A stretch of 64,000 nt of DNA from assembly GCA_011170375.1 (NCBI GenBank), contig DUEV01000013.1:6662-70661 (forward strand). Reading direction: 5' to 3'. Shown here piece by piece: positions 16,727-27,394 of this stretch. A program made the position numbers and the translations under genes. The DNA comes from Dehalococcoidia bacterium (GTDB lineage: Bacteria; Chloroflexota; Dehalococcoidia; Dehalococcoidales; Fen-1064). The first letter of the stretch is position 1; every line of letters starts with the position of its first letter. Under the pieces are notes generated by a model. The model did no database searches. It had not been told where the DNA came from and saw only the letters and a list, made by a program, of their open reading frames with translations.

Positions 16727-18652
16727 CTAATCTGTCACTGTCTCCAGCATCTTTTGCGCTTCTCGGAAGGCTTCTCGCACTTCTTCAGCACTGGCACCGT
16801 CTTCAGTAATACTCAGAGTCGACAAGTCCTGCTTTTCATAGGCTGCCCTGAGCACTTTCTTCATATAGCGACCGTCTCTGGTCCTGGGAAGAAACGACAC
16901 GAAGTGAATGCCGCGAGGTGTCGCTATCGCCCCGATGCTCTCCCTGACGAGGTTCTTGATTCCTACCCTGAGCTGGCTTGAGGGTTCACGTCCCGGCTCA
17001 AGGATAATCAGTGCAATAGGCTCTTCACCCTTGACAGCATCGGCCACCCCGATGATACAAGCCTCGGCTACCGCCGGATGAGACTCCAGTACCATCTCTA
17101 TCTCCCTCATGGAGAGGCGATGAGCGGCCACATTCATCACCTCGTCGGTCCGGCCTAGCAGTCTTACATAGCCGTCATCGTCGGCCACGGCATAGTCACC
17201 GGTGGCAAACATGCCGGGGATCTGCTGCCAGTATTCTCGACGGTACCGCTCGTCATCACCCCACAATGTGACAATATTCCCCGGTGGCAGCGGGGGCTCT
17301 GCTACCAGATATCCGGCGGTATTCGCCGGTACTGGCCTGCCGGCGTCATCGACGATGGCCATCTTATAACCCACCACCGGCTTGGTGACCGAACCTAGTT
17401 TTATCGGAAGGAGTTCTATACCGGGCAGATTGCTAAGCACCGGCCAGCTCGATTCGGTCAGCCAATAGTGGTCTATTACCAACCCTCCATCCAGCGCCTC
17501 CATGCACCACTGCCAGGTAGGTATATCCAGAATCTCGCCACCAAGAAAAAGATAATGCAGGGAACTGATATCACACTTTTTAACATGGTCAATCCCAAAC
17601 CGCTGCAGCATCCTCATCGTCGTCGGAGCTGCAAACATGGCGTTAACGCGGTACTTCTCGATAACACGCCACATCACGCCGTGGTCAGGATAGTCAGGAG
17701 TCCCCTCATATATCACCGACGTCACCCCGAAGAGAAGCGGAGCATACACCGTGTAGCTGTGACCGACAACCCAGCCCAAATCAGAAGCCGCCCAGAAGAC
17801 TTCATCGGCTCCAACGTCATAAATCTGTCTCATGGAATTGTACATGGCGACCATGTAGCCCCCGGTATCTCTCACCACACCATATATCTTCCCCGTAGTA
17901 CCTGCCGTATAGAGTATATAGGACGGCTCGTTACTTTCCATTGGTACCGACTCTACGTACTCATCGCCCTTATCATCAACCAGCTCATCCCAGTAATAGT
18001 CGCGGCCCTCTATCATATCGACTTCTGCCAGTCCCCTATTGAGCACAATCACCCTCGCCACCGGCGCCTTCTCCAGAGCCTTATCAACGGTATCTTTGAG
18101 AAGGACCGTCCGATTCCTCCGCAGTCCAGCATCGGCCGTTATCAGGACCTTCGGCTCTGAATCCGATACCCGCTTAGCCAGAGCATTAACCCCATACCCG
18201 GTGAAGACAACCACATGAATCGCCCCGATGCGTGCACAGGCAAGCATGGCAACGGCAGTCTCCGGTATCATGGGCAGATAGATGGCAACCCGGTCCCCCT
18301 TCTCCACCCCCAAACTCTTGAGCACACCGGCAAAATGGTTGACTCGCCGGTAAAGCTCACCGTAGGTAATTGTCTCAGACTTCCCCTGGGCGGTACTTTC
18401 CCAGGCTAGGGCAGTTTTCTCAGCGAGACCGCCCAGCACATGTCTATCTACGGCGTTATAGCACAGGTTTGTCCGGCCACCGACAAACCAGCGAAAGAAT
18501 GGAGGATTTGAGTCATCAAGAACCCTGTCCCACTTCTGGTACCAGTGAAGCTCACGGGCAATCCTGCCCCAGAAATCCTCAGGGTCAGCCACGGAATGCC
18601 GGTAAACATCATCATAACGGGCGTTCCCTGCTCTCCCGGCTTCCTTGCTCAA
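16727..18652 (-). CDS. Acetate/propionate--CoA ligase family (PrpE/Acs-like AMP-forming acyl-CoA synthetase)
   Basis: The N-terminus DDSNPPFFRWFVGGRTNLCYNAVDRH closely resembles PrpE/Acs. AMP-binding motif YTAGTTGK. 641 aa. Confidence 0.85.
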   Translation of the reverse strand: MSKEAGRAGNARYDDVYRHSVADPEDFWGRIARELHWYQKWDRVLDDSNPPFFRWFVGGRTNLCYNAVDRHVLGGLAEKTALAWESTAQGKSETITYGELYRRVNHFAGVLKSLGVEKGDRVAIYLPMIPETAVAMLACARIGAIHVVVFTGYGVNALAKRVSDSEPKVLITADAGLRRNRTVLLKDTVDKALEKAPVARVIVLNRGLAEVDMIEGRDYYWDELVDDKGDEYVESVPMESNEPSYILYTAGTTGKIYGVVRDTGGYMVAMYNSMRQIYDVGADEVFWAASDLGWVVGHSYTVYAPLLFGVTSVIYEGTPDYPDHGVMWRVIEKYRVNAMFAAPTTMRMLQRFGIDHVKKCDISSLHYLFLGGEILDIPTWQWCMEALDGGLVIDHYWLTESSWPVLSNLPGIELLPIKLGSVTKPVVGYKMAIVDDAGRPVPANTAGYLVAEPPLPPGNIVTLWGDDERYRREYWQQIPGMFATGDYAVADDDGYVRLLGRTDEVMNVAAHRLSMREIEMVLESHPAVAEACIIGVADAVKGEEPIALIILEPGREPSSQLRVGIKNLVRESIGAIATPRGIHFVSFLPRTRDGRYMKKVLRAAYEKQDLSTLSITEDGASAEEVREAFREAQKMLETVTD

Positions 18653-18694
18653 GTCCTTCCTGTTCCTTTTCCCTCAGGTATTATTCTTATAGCC

Positions 18695-19840
18695 TCAGTC
18701 ATCTCTGAGGAGCTGCCGGGCGATGGTCATCCTCTGCATCTCTGATGTGCCCTCGTAGATTTCCATGATTTTAGCATCACGGAAATAGCGCTCCACCGCG
18801 AAATCCTTGGTATAACCGTAGCCGCCGTGTATCTGGACAGCCTTGGTGGTGACAAACATGGCAGTCTCAGCAGCGTACAGCTTGGCCATACTGGACTCCT
18901 TGATAAAGGGGAGACCCTGGTCTTTGAGAAAGGCCGCCCGATGTGTGAGCAACCGGGCAGCGTCTATCTGGGTTGCCATATCCGCCAGCATCCACTGTAT
19001 CGCCTGGAAACTAGCGATTGACTGCCCGAACTGCTGCCGCTCCCGGGAATAGGACAATGATTTCTCAAAGGCTGCCTGGGCAATCCCCAGCGACTGCGCC
19101 GCAACCCCGAGCCGGCTGGCATCAATCGTCTCCAGCGCAATGCGGAAACCCCTACCCTCATCGCCGAGCCGGTTCTCTACTGGTACCAGGCAGTCCTCAA
19201 AAACCAGTTCCGTTGCCGAGGCGGCCCGGATACCCATCTTACGCTCATGCTTGCCCACCGAAAAGCCCGGCGTTGCCTTCTCCACGATGAAAGCCGTCAC
19301 ACCCCGGTATCCCTGAGACCGGTCAACAGTAGCAAAGGTGATAATAATATCCGCTTCGGCGCCGTTGCTGATGAATATCTTGTTACCATTGAGGATATAA
19401 CCATTATCCTGGCGAGCGGCGGTCATCGCCATGGCGGCAACATCGCTACCGGCACCAGCCTCAGTCAGACCGAAAGCCCCCAGTTTATCACCCTTCAGTA
19501 ACGGCACCAGGTACTGCTGCTTCTGCTCCTCCGTACCATAGGCATACAATGGATAGGCAGCTAGCTCGTTTGTGGCAACAAATATAACACTGGTAGCTGC
19601 ACAGGCCCGTGCCAGTTCCTCAAATACAATGGCCTGCTCAACCGTCCCGCCACCACTCCCACCATACTCCTCAGGATAGCCAATACCTGTCAACCCGAGT
19701 TCGGCTGCTTTCTGGACACTCTCAGCAGGAAACCTAGCCTCCTCGTCTATCTCGGCAGCAATTGGCTCCAGCTCTTTCTCGGCAAAGTCACGGACCATTG
19801 CCCGGAGCATCTTCTGGTCTTCAGTCAGAGAAAAGTCCAT
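18695..19840 (-). CDS. Acyl-CoA dehydrogenase
   Basis: 381 aa with typical ACAD motifs (GLTEAGAGSD, IYEGTSEMQR). Confidence 0.9.
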   Translation of the reverse strand: MDFSLTEDQKMLRAMVRDFAEKELEPIAAEIDEEARFPAESVQKAAELGLTGIGYPEEYGGSGGGTVEQAIVFEELARACAATSVIFVATNELAAYPLYAYGTEEQKQQYLVPLLKGDKLGAFGLTEAGAGSDVAAMAMTAARQDNGYILNGNKIFISNGAEADIIITFATVDRSQGYRGVTAFIVEKATPGFSVGKHERKMGIRAASATELVFEDCLVPVENRLGDEGRGFRIALETIDASRLGVAAQSLGIAQAAFEKSLSYSRERQQFGQSIASFQAIQWMLADMATQIDAARLLTHRAAFLKDQGLPFIKESSMAKLYAAETAMFVTTKAVQIHGGYGYTKDFAVERYFRDAKIMEIYEGTSEMQRMTIARQLLRDD

Positions 19841-19864
19841 ATCTCTAAAACAGCTTCCTGAGCC

Positions 19865-21433
19865 CTACTTCTTTTCCGAATCACCACCGTGCTGCTCACG
19901 CAGCACTCGCTTCAAGACCTTACCCATCGGGTTTCGCGGGAGCTCGTCAGTGAAGACTACCGACCTGGGCCGCTTGTAGCTGGCCAGTGCCTGTCGGCAG
20001 TGCTCCATTATCTCATCAGCGGTGGCTTCCTCCCCTTCCTTGAGGACAACTACACAGATGGGTACCTCACCCCAATCTTCGTCCGGAACACCGATTACGG
20101 CTGCCTCCTCGATTTTGTGATGCTGCTGAAGCACCGCCTCCACTTCCTCCGGTGAGATGTTTTCCCCTCCCCGGATAATCATGTCGGTGGTCCTTCCTGC
20201 CAGGAAGAAATAACCATCCTCGTCCATATAACCCATGTCACCGGTGTGGACCCAACCATCTTTATCGATTGTCTTGGCCGTCTTGTCCTCTTCCTTCCAG
20301 TAACCGCTCATAACCCTGGGTCCCCGGGCAACAATCTCACCGACCTCTCCCGGAGGTAACTCATTGCCCTCCTCATCCATTATCTTCATCTCGACGTCGG
20401 ACATTGGCCGACCAATCGAGGTGAGCCTCTTTAGCTTCTTCTCTTTCTCCTCTTCAGTACCCGTTATCATATGGTCTTCCGGACTCAGGGTGGTAATAGT
20501 TGAGGCCGTCTCAGTCTGCCCGAAAGCATTTATGAAACTGACTCCCGGGAAAACCTCCATCGCCTTTTTGATTACCGGCAGCGGCATCGGGGCGGCGCCG
20601 TAGGTAATCACCTGCATACTGCTCAGGTCGTACTTCTCAAAATCGGGGTGGTCTAATAGCTGCTTCAGCATGGTGGGCACCATCATCGCCCGGCCAACCT
20701 TCTCTTGCTGTACCAGCCCCATCCACTCTGTCGGCTCAAACTGCCTCTCCATCACCAGTGTCCGGCCACCGTAGATTGCCGCCATCATTGCCTGGATGCC
20801 AGCAACATGATAGAGGGGTACGGTCAGGATATTGTTTTCGTCTATCGTCGGGTCGGCTGGCGTAACGTTCTCCAGCACATAGATGGAGAAGCTGTTGTGG
20901 GACAGCATAACGCCCTTGGGAAAACCGGTGGTGCCGGCAGTGTACATCAGTATAGTGGTATCGTCATCATCTATATCGGTAAATACCTCATCATCACTCG
21001 TCCCGTCTATGATATCCTCATAGTTAATCATACCCTCGTGCGGTGTATCAATCGAAATGTAGTTCTTGACACTAGGCATCTCGGCCTTGATTGAGTCTAT
21101 CAATTCGAGGTAGCGCTCACCGCTTAAAACCGTGTGCGCCTCAGCAGTGTTAATCATGTAGGACAGTTCGTGCTGCTTTGCCCTGAAGTTAAGGGGTACG
21201 TAGATAGCACCGAGCTTGGCCACGGCGAAGTAGGTCTCGATACACTGGTTGCAGTTGACATGGAGCAGTGCTACCCGTTCGCCTTTGCCAACACCTAAGG
21301 CAGCTAGGGCGTTGGCCAGACGGTTCACCCGCTCATTTAGCTGGCTGAAGGTGAACCGCTTGCCTTCAAAGACCATCGCCTCCTTGTCCGGACAGATTGC
21401 TGTGGCTATAGTGAGAAACTCCGTGGTATTCAT
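19865..21433 (-). CDS. AMP-dependent acyl-CoA synthetase/ligase (fatty-acid--CoA ligase-like)
   Basis: Motifs YTAGTTGFPKGV, GQTE, TGDMGYMDEDGYFFLAGR. 522 aa. Confidence 0.9.
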   Translation of the reverse strand: MNTTEFLTIATAICPDKEAMVFEGKRFTFSQLNERVNRLANALAALGVGKGERVALLHVNCNQCIETYFAVAKLGAIYVPLNFRAKQHELSYMINTAEAHTVLSGERYLELIDSIKAEMPSVKNYISIDTPHEGMINYEDIIDGTSDDEVFTDIDDDDTTILMYTAGTTGFPKGVMLSHNSFSIYVLENVTPADPTIDENNILTVPLYHVAGIQAMMAAIYGGRTLVMERQFEPTEWMGLVQQEKVGRAMMVPTMLKQLLDHPDFEKYDLSSMQVITYGAAPMPLPVIKKAMEVFPGVSFINAFGQTETASTITTLSPEDHMITGTEEEKEKKLKRLTSIGRPMSDVEMKIMDEEGNELPPGEVGEIVARGPRVMSGYWKEEDKTAKTIDKDGWVHTGDMGYMDEDGYFFLAGRTTDMIIRGGENISPEEVEAVLQQHHKIEEAAVIGVPDEDWGEVPICVVVLKEGEEATADEIMEHCRQALASYKRPRSVVFTDELPRNPMGKVLKRVLREQHGGDSEKK

Positions 21434-22173
21434 GTCGCTTCCTCCTGCATCATTTCCTCAAGCAGACTGGCTCCCAGCCTGGACTCAAGCTCAAGCCCCT
21501 GTTCAAGGCGGAGGTCAAGCCCCCGGGTTACCGCCTGCTTGGTATAGCTTAGCACATTAGCATCATGTACTTTAATCTTCCTGGCCAGTTGGTCAACCTC
21601 CGACCACAGGTCTTCCCGGGAGACTACGCGGTTGACCAGCTTCATCCGGAGTGCCTCTTCTGCCTTAACCCAACGGCCAGATAAGAGCAGCTCCAAGGCA
21701 TAACCCCTGCCTATTATCCTCGGCAGGGTCTGGGTGCCACCAGCGGCGGGTATTATGCCCAGTCCCGTCTCGGGCACACCAAGCTGGACGTCATCCGAAA
21801 CCACCCTGATATCGCAACACAAAGCCATCTCAATTCCTGAGCCAAATACGTAGCCATGCAGGGCAGCGAGCATCGGCTTGTTGATACTCAGGAAAAGCCC
21901 CCAGACATCCCGCTGCCAGCGTACCTGACGGGCAATTGTGGGTGAAGGCGCCGTAAGGAACTCGGTCAGGTCGGCCCCGGCACAGAAAGCCCTCTCTCCG
22001 GCCCCCCTGAGCACCCCGACCTTCACCTCCGAGTCGTCCTTGACAGCACCTAGTACCTGAAATAGTTCGTCCCGCATCTGGATATTGTACACATTCAGCG
22101 CCTTTGGTCGGTTAAGCGTGATGTAACCAACGTTGTCCTGTATCTCGTAGATGATTGTCTCAAAAACACTCAT
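21430..22173 (-). CDS. Enoyl-CoA hydratase/isomerase family protein
   Basis: Crotonase fold motifs (FCAGADL, GSGIEMALCCDIR). 4-nt overlaps with both neighbouring genes. Confidence 0.9.
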   Translation of the reverse strand: MSVFETIIYEIQDNVGYITLNRPKALNVYNIQMRDELFQVLGAVKDDSEVKVGVLRGAGERAFCAGADLTEFLTAPSPTIARQVRWQRDVWGLFLSINKPMLAALHGYVFGSGIEMALCCDIRVVSDDVQLGVPETGLGIIPAAGGTQTLPRIIGRGYALELLLSGRWVKAEEALRMKLVNRVVSREDLWSEVDQLARKIKVHDANVLSYTKQAVTRGLDLRLEQGLELESRLGASLLEEMMQEEAT

Positions 22174-22709
22174 CGGGACTCTATATTACTCGGAGACAAT
22201 AGTTTTTCATATCGTATGCTATATGTCTGAAATCCAGACTTAGCGTGAAGTCCCTGTGAAGCCACGTTTTCGAATCCCGTCCCGGAGCGCAGTAAATTAG
22301 CCCCTCTCTCTAGGGCCTGCTGCTCTATATACACCATGAGCTTCAATGCTATTCCCCGACGCTGAAAATCAGGGGAAACAGCTATATCATTGATTTCTGC
22401 AATGGAGATGTCGTAATCAGGCATATTTGTAAACGTCACCCACAAATAGGCTACTACCGAGTTCCCATCCTCCCAGATTTCAGCGATGGTTCTCTCGTCC
22501 TTCATCGATTCGACGAGGTCTTTCAGGTACGATTCCGGCTGTGATGTGCTAAACCACTTCTCCCGGTACTGCTCATACGGATTAGACCTGCCCCACGCAC
22601 ATTCGCTTTCATAGTTGATGCGACAATGAAACTCCAGAAGAACATCTCTATCAGTCTTAGTATCTACACTACGAGGGCTCAGCAATTTACTATCTCCATC
22701 CCGATTCAA
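22170..22709 (-). CDS. GNAT family N-acetyltransferase
   Basis: FQRRGIALKLMVYIEQ acetyl-CoA binding motif. Translationally coupled to the downstream hydratase gene (ATGA overlap). Confidence 0.75.
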   Translation of the reverse strand: MNRDGDSKLLSPRSVDTKTDRDVLLEFHCRINYESECAWGRSNPYEQYREKWFSTSQPESYLKDLVESMKDERTIAEIWEDGNSVVAYLWVTFTNMPDYDISIAEINDIAVSPDFQRRGIALKLMVYIEQQALERGANLLRSGTGFENVASQGLHAKSGFQTYSIRYEKLLSPSNIESR

Positions 22710-22724
22710 CAGAAATAACCAAGC

Positions 22725-23459
22725 CTATTGTCCCTTGAAATCGGGTGACCTCTTTTCCTGAAAGGCCCGGATTCCCTCGGTACGGTCGGTGGTCGTATGC
22801 AAGAGGAAATACAGGTCTGCCTCAAGGCGGAGACCCTGTTCAAGTGTCAGGTCGAGTCCCTTGCTGACGGCCTCCTTGACATACCTGAGAGCAATCGGTG
22901 CCTTGCCTGCCAGGTGCTCGGCCAGTGCTTCAGCTTCGGAAATTAGTGTTTCACGGTCGACCACTTTGTTGACCAGTCCTATATCAAGCGCTTCCCCAGC
23001 GCTGATTATTTCTCCGGTGAAGAGCAGTTCCAGGGCCTTGCCCCTGCCCACAATACGGGACAACCGCTGTGTCCCGCCATCCATCGGGATAAGACCTGTG
23101 GTCACCTGGGGGAAACCCATCCTGGCCTCGTTCACAGCTATCCTGATGTCACAGCTCAGTGCCAGTTCCAGTCCCTGCCCTATGGCGTCACCATTGATAG
23201 CCGCAATCACCGGTTGCTCCAGACCGGCCACCGCAGCCACGACCCCACAGGGTACGGCTAGCTCGCTACCACGGCAGAAAGTATCCCCGGTACCGGTAAC
23301 AACGACAACACGAACTTCATCATCCTGGTTTATCTGCTGGCAGACCTCCCCTATCTCCTGAGCGAGTTGCTGGTTAATAGCGTTGCCCGCCTCGGGCCGG
23401 TTGAGGGTGATTATCACGAAGTCCTGCCTCTTATCACAGATGATTGCCGAATAGGACAT
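22725..23459 (-). CDS. Enoyl-CoA hydratase/isomerase family protein
   Basis: Crotonase motifs (ITLNRPEAGNAI, GQGLELALSCDIR). Start moved to ATG 23457-23459 with AGGGAG upstream. Confidence 0.85.
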   Translation of the reverse strand: MSYSAIICDKRQDFVIITLNRPEAGNAINQQLAQEIGEVCQQINQDDEVRVVVVTGTGDTFCRGSELAVPCGVVAAVAGLEQPVIAAINGDAIGQGLELALSCDIRIAVNEARMGFPQVTTGLIPMDGGTQRLSRIVGRGKALELLFTGEIISAGEALDIGLVNKVVDRETLISEAEALAEHLAGKAPIALRYVKEAVSKGLDLTLEQGLRLEADLYFLLHTTTDRTEGIRAFQEKRSPDFKGQ

Positions 23460-23555
23460 GGTCTCCCTCTTGAAAACCACGGAAACAGTCTCTGCTACCA
23501 GTAGAGCTTATCTTAAACAACATGGTCAGCAACGTCAAATCGGAGCCGCCACCCC

Positions 23556-24095
23556 TTATTCAAGATTCACCAAGCGCGCCTCTACCTTGCCGTTTTTGAT
23601 GGTCAGGAGGCCGACACTGCCCAGCTTGGGGATATAACTCGGCATGGTGGGGCTGCCAGGATTCACCAGCAGCACTCCCTTGTATTCCTCAATCTCAGCG
23701 AAGTGAGTGTGGCCAAAGGCAACCACATCAGGAGGGTCCACCGGGTCATCTGCCGGCTTTTGGCTAAATAACGCCGAGTATGAATTAGTTTGCTCCTGAG
23801 GGACAATCTGTCCATAGCGCGGTTTGATATGGGTCGCCCAAAGCTTAATCCCCTCTATCTCCAGTACCTGCATCCTTTTCATCCGGTTGTCTTCGCCGAA
23901 ATCTTCGTCCATGTCATCATCACCCCTGGCAGCGAGAACCGGGGCCACTGTCTCCAGTGTATCCAGCACCGAAGGAATCCAGACATCCCCCATGTGCAGA
24001 ATCAGGTCGACACCCTTGAAGGCTGTCAGCACCTGCGGAGGAAGCGGCTGACTGGGAAAAGCAATGTGAGTATCCGAGAGTAGTCCGATGAGCAT
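23556..24095 (-). CDS. Metallophosphoesterase (YfcE/MJ0936 family)
   Basis: Motifs LSDTH, GDV, GHTH. 179 aa. Confidence 0.8.
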   Translation of the reverse strand: MLIGLLSDTHIAFPSQPLPPQVLTAFKGVDLILHMGDVWIPSVLDTLETVAPVLAARGDDDMDEDFGEDNRMKRMQVLEIEGIKLWATHIKPRYGQIVPQEQTNSYSALFSQKPADDPVDPPDVVAFGHTHFAEIEEYKGVLLVNPGSPTMPSYIPKLGSVGLLTIKNGKVEARLVNLE

Positions 24096-24103
24096 ATATC
24101 CCC

Positions 24104-24763
24104 CTAACTAGCCTCACCGAAGTGACAGAAATCACCATTGAGACAGCACTGCTGGCAGAAGGGACGCCTGCGGCAGACATTCTTCCCGAGACAGACCAGC
24201 AGGGCATGATATTCGTTGAAAAGACCAGAATCCACCGGTAAATTCTCCATGAAGAGACTTTGATAGTCGCTATAGCGGTCTTTATTCGTTACCAGACCGA
24301 CACGACTGAGAATTCGGCGAGTATAGGCGTCAACCACAAAAACAGGGCGGTTGGCAGCATAGAGCAAAATCGAGGCGGCAGTTTCCTCGCCGATACCATG
24401 TACTTCCAGCAACTCACGGCGGAGCTGGCAGGTATCGACGGCAAATAGGCGGTCCAGGTCGTCTTGGTATTTCCCTAGGTAGTCAGCTAGGGCCTTCAGC
24501 TTGAGGGCCTTGGCGTTGTAGTAGCCACTGGAGTAGATGAGGGCGGCAAGCTCAGATAGGGATAATCGACGCAACGCCCTCGGCGAAAGTGCCCCGGCTT
24601 CTCTTAGATTTCCGATCGCCTTCTCCACGTTCGCCCAGGCAGCTGACTGGGTGAGAACAGCACCGACCATCACTTCAAACGGCTCCTCTGCCGGCCACCA
24701 GTGTTGCGGTCCGTATCGGTCGAAAAGGCGATGGTAAATATTCAGCAGCTTCTCCTCAATCAT
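24104..24763 (-). CDS. Endonuclease III-related HhH-GPD domain protein with a C-terminal Fe-S Cys cluster
   Basis: HhH motif LLEVHGIGEETAASILLY, a downstream Asp, and the C-terminal Cys cluster CLGKNVCRRRPFCQQCCL. Confidence 0.75.
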   Translation of the reverse strand: MIEEKLLNIYHRLFDRYGPQHWWPAEEPFEVMVGAVLTQSAAWANVEKAIGNLREAGALSPRALRRLSLSELAALIYSSGYYNAKALKLKALADYLGKYQDDLDRLFAVDTCQLRRELLEVHGIGEETAASILLYAANRPVFVVDAYTRRILSRVGLVTNKDRYSDYQSLFMENLPVDSGLFNEYHALLVCLGKNVCRRRPFCQQCCLNGDFCHFGEAS

Positions 24764-25214
24764 TGGTTATCCAGGCAGCGACAGTAGCATCGACTGCTAC
24801 GTCATACCCCGGCAGATACGGTTTGATGTCTATTACAGGAGAGCCATCGAGAGCATCCAAACCCTCCACTCTCAGTACGTTGTCTTTACGTTCCAGCAGC
24901 CTGACGGTCGTTTTACCGACGGGATTTGGCCGGTTTGGCGTCCGCAGGGCAAAAAGCCCCTTAAGAGGACGACCGGGATTTCCCATAGGACGTTGCTTTA
25001 GGGGGGTATCACCCTGGTGGAGGCGGTGCATCCAGAAAAGGACGATGATGTGGGAGAACTCTTCAATGCCGTCGAGCGCCTCGGTCAGGCTGCTATCAAT
25101 CACAATCTCAGAGGTCGCCTTCTCCCAGTCGCTGCGCGGCGTCGGCGGTGTCTGAAGACCGTTCCGTACCACGCCGATAGCCCTCAGTGTCATCCTAGGC
25201 ATCTCGTTAACCAT
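24756..25214 (-). CDS. trmO: tRNA (t6A37-N6)-methyltransferase TrmO (TsaA/YaeB family)
   Basis: RTPNRPNPVGKTTVRLL and DGSPVIDIKPY motifs. Confidence 0.8.
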   Translation of the reverse strand: MVNEMPRMTLRAIGVVRNGLQTPPTPRSDWEKATSEIVIDSSLTEALDGIEEFSHIIVLFWMHRLHQGDTPLKQRPMGNPGRPLKGLFALRTPNRPNPVGKTTVRLLERKDNVLRVEGLDALDGSPVIDIKPYLPGYDVAVDATVAAWITND

Positions 25215-25304
25215 GCTGGAACCTCAGTCCAAGCAGTAACATCAGCATGACTTCAGTAACGGAACTCGGTGAGGAGCCCACCAAAGGCCGGGCTTGCAGG
25301 ATAA

Positions 25305-25703
25305 TTAACGCTTGGTGTATTGTGGCGCCTTACGGGCCCGCTTGAGACCGGCCTTCTTCCTCTCTTTAACACGGGCATCCCGTGTGAGCAACCCGTGCTG
25401 GCGCAACATCGACCGGTGGCCTTCGTCCGCCTTCAGTAGCGCCCGGGCGATACCGTGACAGACAGCCCCGCTCTGACCATTGACACCACCCCCGGTCACC
25501 TTGACGACAGCATTGTACTTGTCAAGGGTACCGGTAACCATAAGAGGCTTAGCTACTGTGTTCCGCTGCTTGATACGAGGAAACAGCTCCTCATAGGGAA
25601 TGCCATTGACAATGATGGCACCGCCACCACCCGGTGTCAATTTCACTCGAGCGACTGCTGTCTTGCGCCGGCCAGTCCCATAAAAATAGTTCTGTTCCGC
25701 CAA
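25305..25703 (-). CDS. rpsI: 30S ribosomal protein S9
   Basis: YGTGRRKTAVARV...KAPQYTKR. TTG start. Confidence 0.97.
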   Translation of the reverse strand: MAEQNYFYGTGRRKTAVARVKLTPGGGGAIIVNGIPYEELFPRIKQRNTVAKPLMVTGTLDKYNAVVKVTGGGVNGQSGAVCHGIARALLKADEGHRSMLRQHGLLTRDARVKERKKAGLKRARKAPQYTKR

Positions 25704-25777
25704 CTAAATTTTCCTCTCCTCGCTTCGCTATCAGTTAAGGCCAACGGCCGCTGCCTGATGGCAGGCAATAGCCATTT

Positions 25778-26212
25778 TTATCCAGTCGTCTCTGATGCAC
25801 CGACCTGCCCCTGGTGAGGATGGCTATCACCAACATACACCTTGAGGCGCTTCATCATACCCGCACTCAGTTTATTGCGCGGCAGCATACCCCTGACAGC
25901 ATGCTCAATCACCCTGGTGGGATGGGTCTGCATCATCTTCTCCAGGCTGGTGCTCTTCAGCCCGCCAGGATAACCGGAATGCCGGTAGTACATCTTTTGC
26001 TTGACCTTATTACCCGTGAACCTGACTTTATCAGCGTTGATGACAACCACGAAATCACCCACGTCCAGATTACGGCAGAACATTGGCTTGTGCTTGCCCA
26101 TAAGCAATCTGGCAATCCTTGTCGCCAGCCTGCCCAGGACTTCACCATCGGCATCAATAGTGTGCCACTGCCGCTCAATGTCAGAGGCCTTAATACTATA
26201 GGTCTTCGTCAC
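25778..26212 (-). CDS. rplM: 50S ribosomal protein L13
   Basis: [20 protein letters not shown]... Start taken at GTG 26210-26212. The ORF-track TTG at 26227 is the alternative. Either start overlaps the truA 3' end. Confidence 0.93.
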   Translation of the reverse strand: MTKTYSIKASDIERQWHTIDADGEVLGRLATRIARLLMGKHKPMFCRNLDVGDFVVVINADKVRFTGNKVKQKMYYRHSGYPGGLKSTSLEKMMQTHPTRVIEHAVRGMLPRNKLSAGMMKRLKVYVGDSHPHQGQVGASETTG

Positions 26213-27026
26213 TATTCTCTTCCTCAAAAGGGTGGGGGTAATTCACCCGTACCAGGCAAAGCCCGCATGCCGGTAGTGTCGGCCCGGCCAGCCCCGGCTG
26301 CTTTGCCTCGATTATACTGCGAAACTCATCCAGACTCATCCTACCCAGACCAACGCTAACGAGGCAGCCGGCGGTACTGCGCACCTGATGGCGCACAAAG
26401 GCATTGGCCACCATGTCCAGAACCACAAGTTCCCCTTTCCTGGTTACCTCAGCCTGATAGACTCGCCGCACTGTGCTCTTTTCCTCACCCCCGACACCAC
26501 TAGCAAACGAGGCGAAATCATGCTCACCAACAAGGGCCCGGCACGCCTGGTTCATCGTATCAGCATCCAGAGTACCAGCAACGCGGTAGGCAAAGGCTTC
26601 ACGGAGTGGTGAACGAGTCCGGATATTCAATATGCTGTATCGGTACTGCCGGCTCGCCGCAGCGCGCCGGACGTCAAAGGAGTCTTCCATGATATGCGCC
26701 GACTTGACAGCAATATCCTTCGGCAAGTAGTGGTTCAGTCCACTAACGAATGCCTCCCGCGGCAACACCGAACTAGTCCGAAAACTGACAACTTGTCCTC
26801 GAGCATGTACCCCGGCATCAGTCCGGCTGGCCATTGCTACCCGAATCGTCTCCCCGGTCAATCCGCGCAACGCCTTCTCTATCTCACTCTGAATAGTAGG
26901 CACACCAGCCTGCCACTGGGAACCATAGTAGTTGGTGCCATAATACTCCGTGGCCAGCACCATCCTTGTGGTCGTCACCAGATTGCCCTTCTCTACTTCA
27001 AAATCAGCCACAGTAGATAACATCAT
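26196..27026 (-). CDS. truA: tRNA pseudouridine(38-40) synthase TruA
   Basis: [12 protein letters not shown] and [12 protein letters not shown] catalytic-Asp motif. ATGA overlap with the rplQ stop. An internal ATG at 26963 is an alternative start. Confidence 0.9.
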   Translation of the reverse strand: MMLSTVADFEVEKGNLVTTTRMVLATEYYGTNYYGSQWQAGVPTIQSEIEKALRGLTGETIRVAMASRTDAGVHARGQVVSFRTSSVLPREAFVSGLNHYLPKDIAVKSAHIMEDSFDVRRAAASRQYRYSILNIRTRSPLREAFAYRVAGTLDADTMNQACRALVGEHDFASFASGVGGEEKSTVRRVYQAEVTRKGELVVLDMVANAFVRHQVRSTAGCLVSVGLGRMSLDEFRSIIEAKQPGLAGPTLPACGLCLVRVNYPHPFEEENSDEDL

Positions 27027-27376
27027 TTCACCAGTTCAAGCTGGACCATGGCCGCCCCATCACCCTGCCTGGGACCCAGCTTGGTAATCCTTGTATAGCC
27101 GCCAGGCCGTTCTGCATAACGTGCCGCCAGCTCATTAAACACTTTATCAGTCACCTTCTTGCTGAGGATAAACGTCAGTGCCTGACGACGGGAGTGCAAG
27201 CTGCCCTCTTTACCCAGCGTCACCATCTTCTCCGCCAGACCGCGCACCTGCTTGGCCCTGGCCTCAGTGGTCGTAATCTTTTCATAGTTTAGAAGGTCAG
27301 TTACCAGGTTGCGATGCATCGCCCTCTGGTAACCTGAAGACCTCGCTAATTTCCTGCCGGACATTTTATGCCCCAT
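27023..27376 (-). CDS. rplQ: 50S ribosomal protein L17
   Basis: [17 protein letters not shown]...GGYTRI. Confidence 0.97.
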   Translation of the reverse strand: MGHKMSGRKLARSSGYQRAMHRNLVTDLLNYEKITTTEARAKQVRGLAEKMVTLGKEGSLHSRRQALTFILSKKVTDKVFNELAARYAERPGGYTRITKLGPRQGDGAAMVQLELVK

Positions 27377-27394
27377 GTTGTTTGCCCGCTTCTA

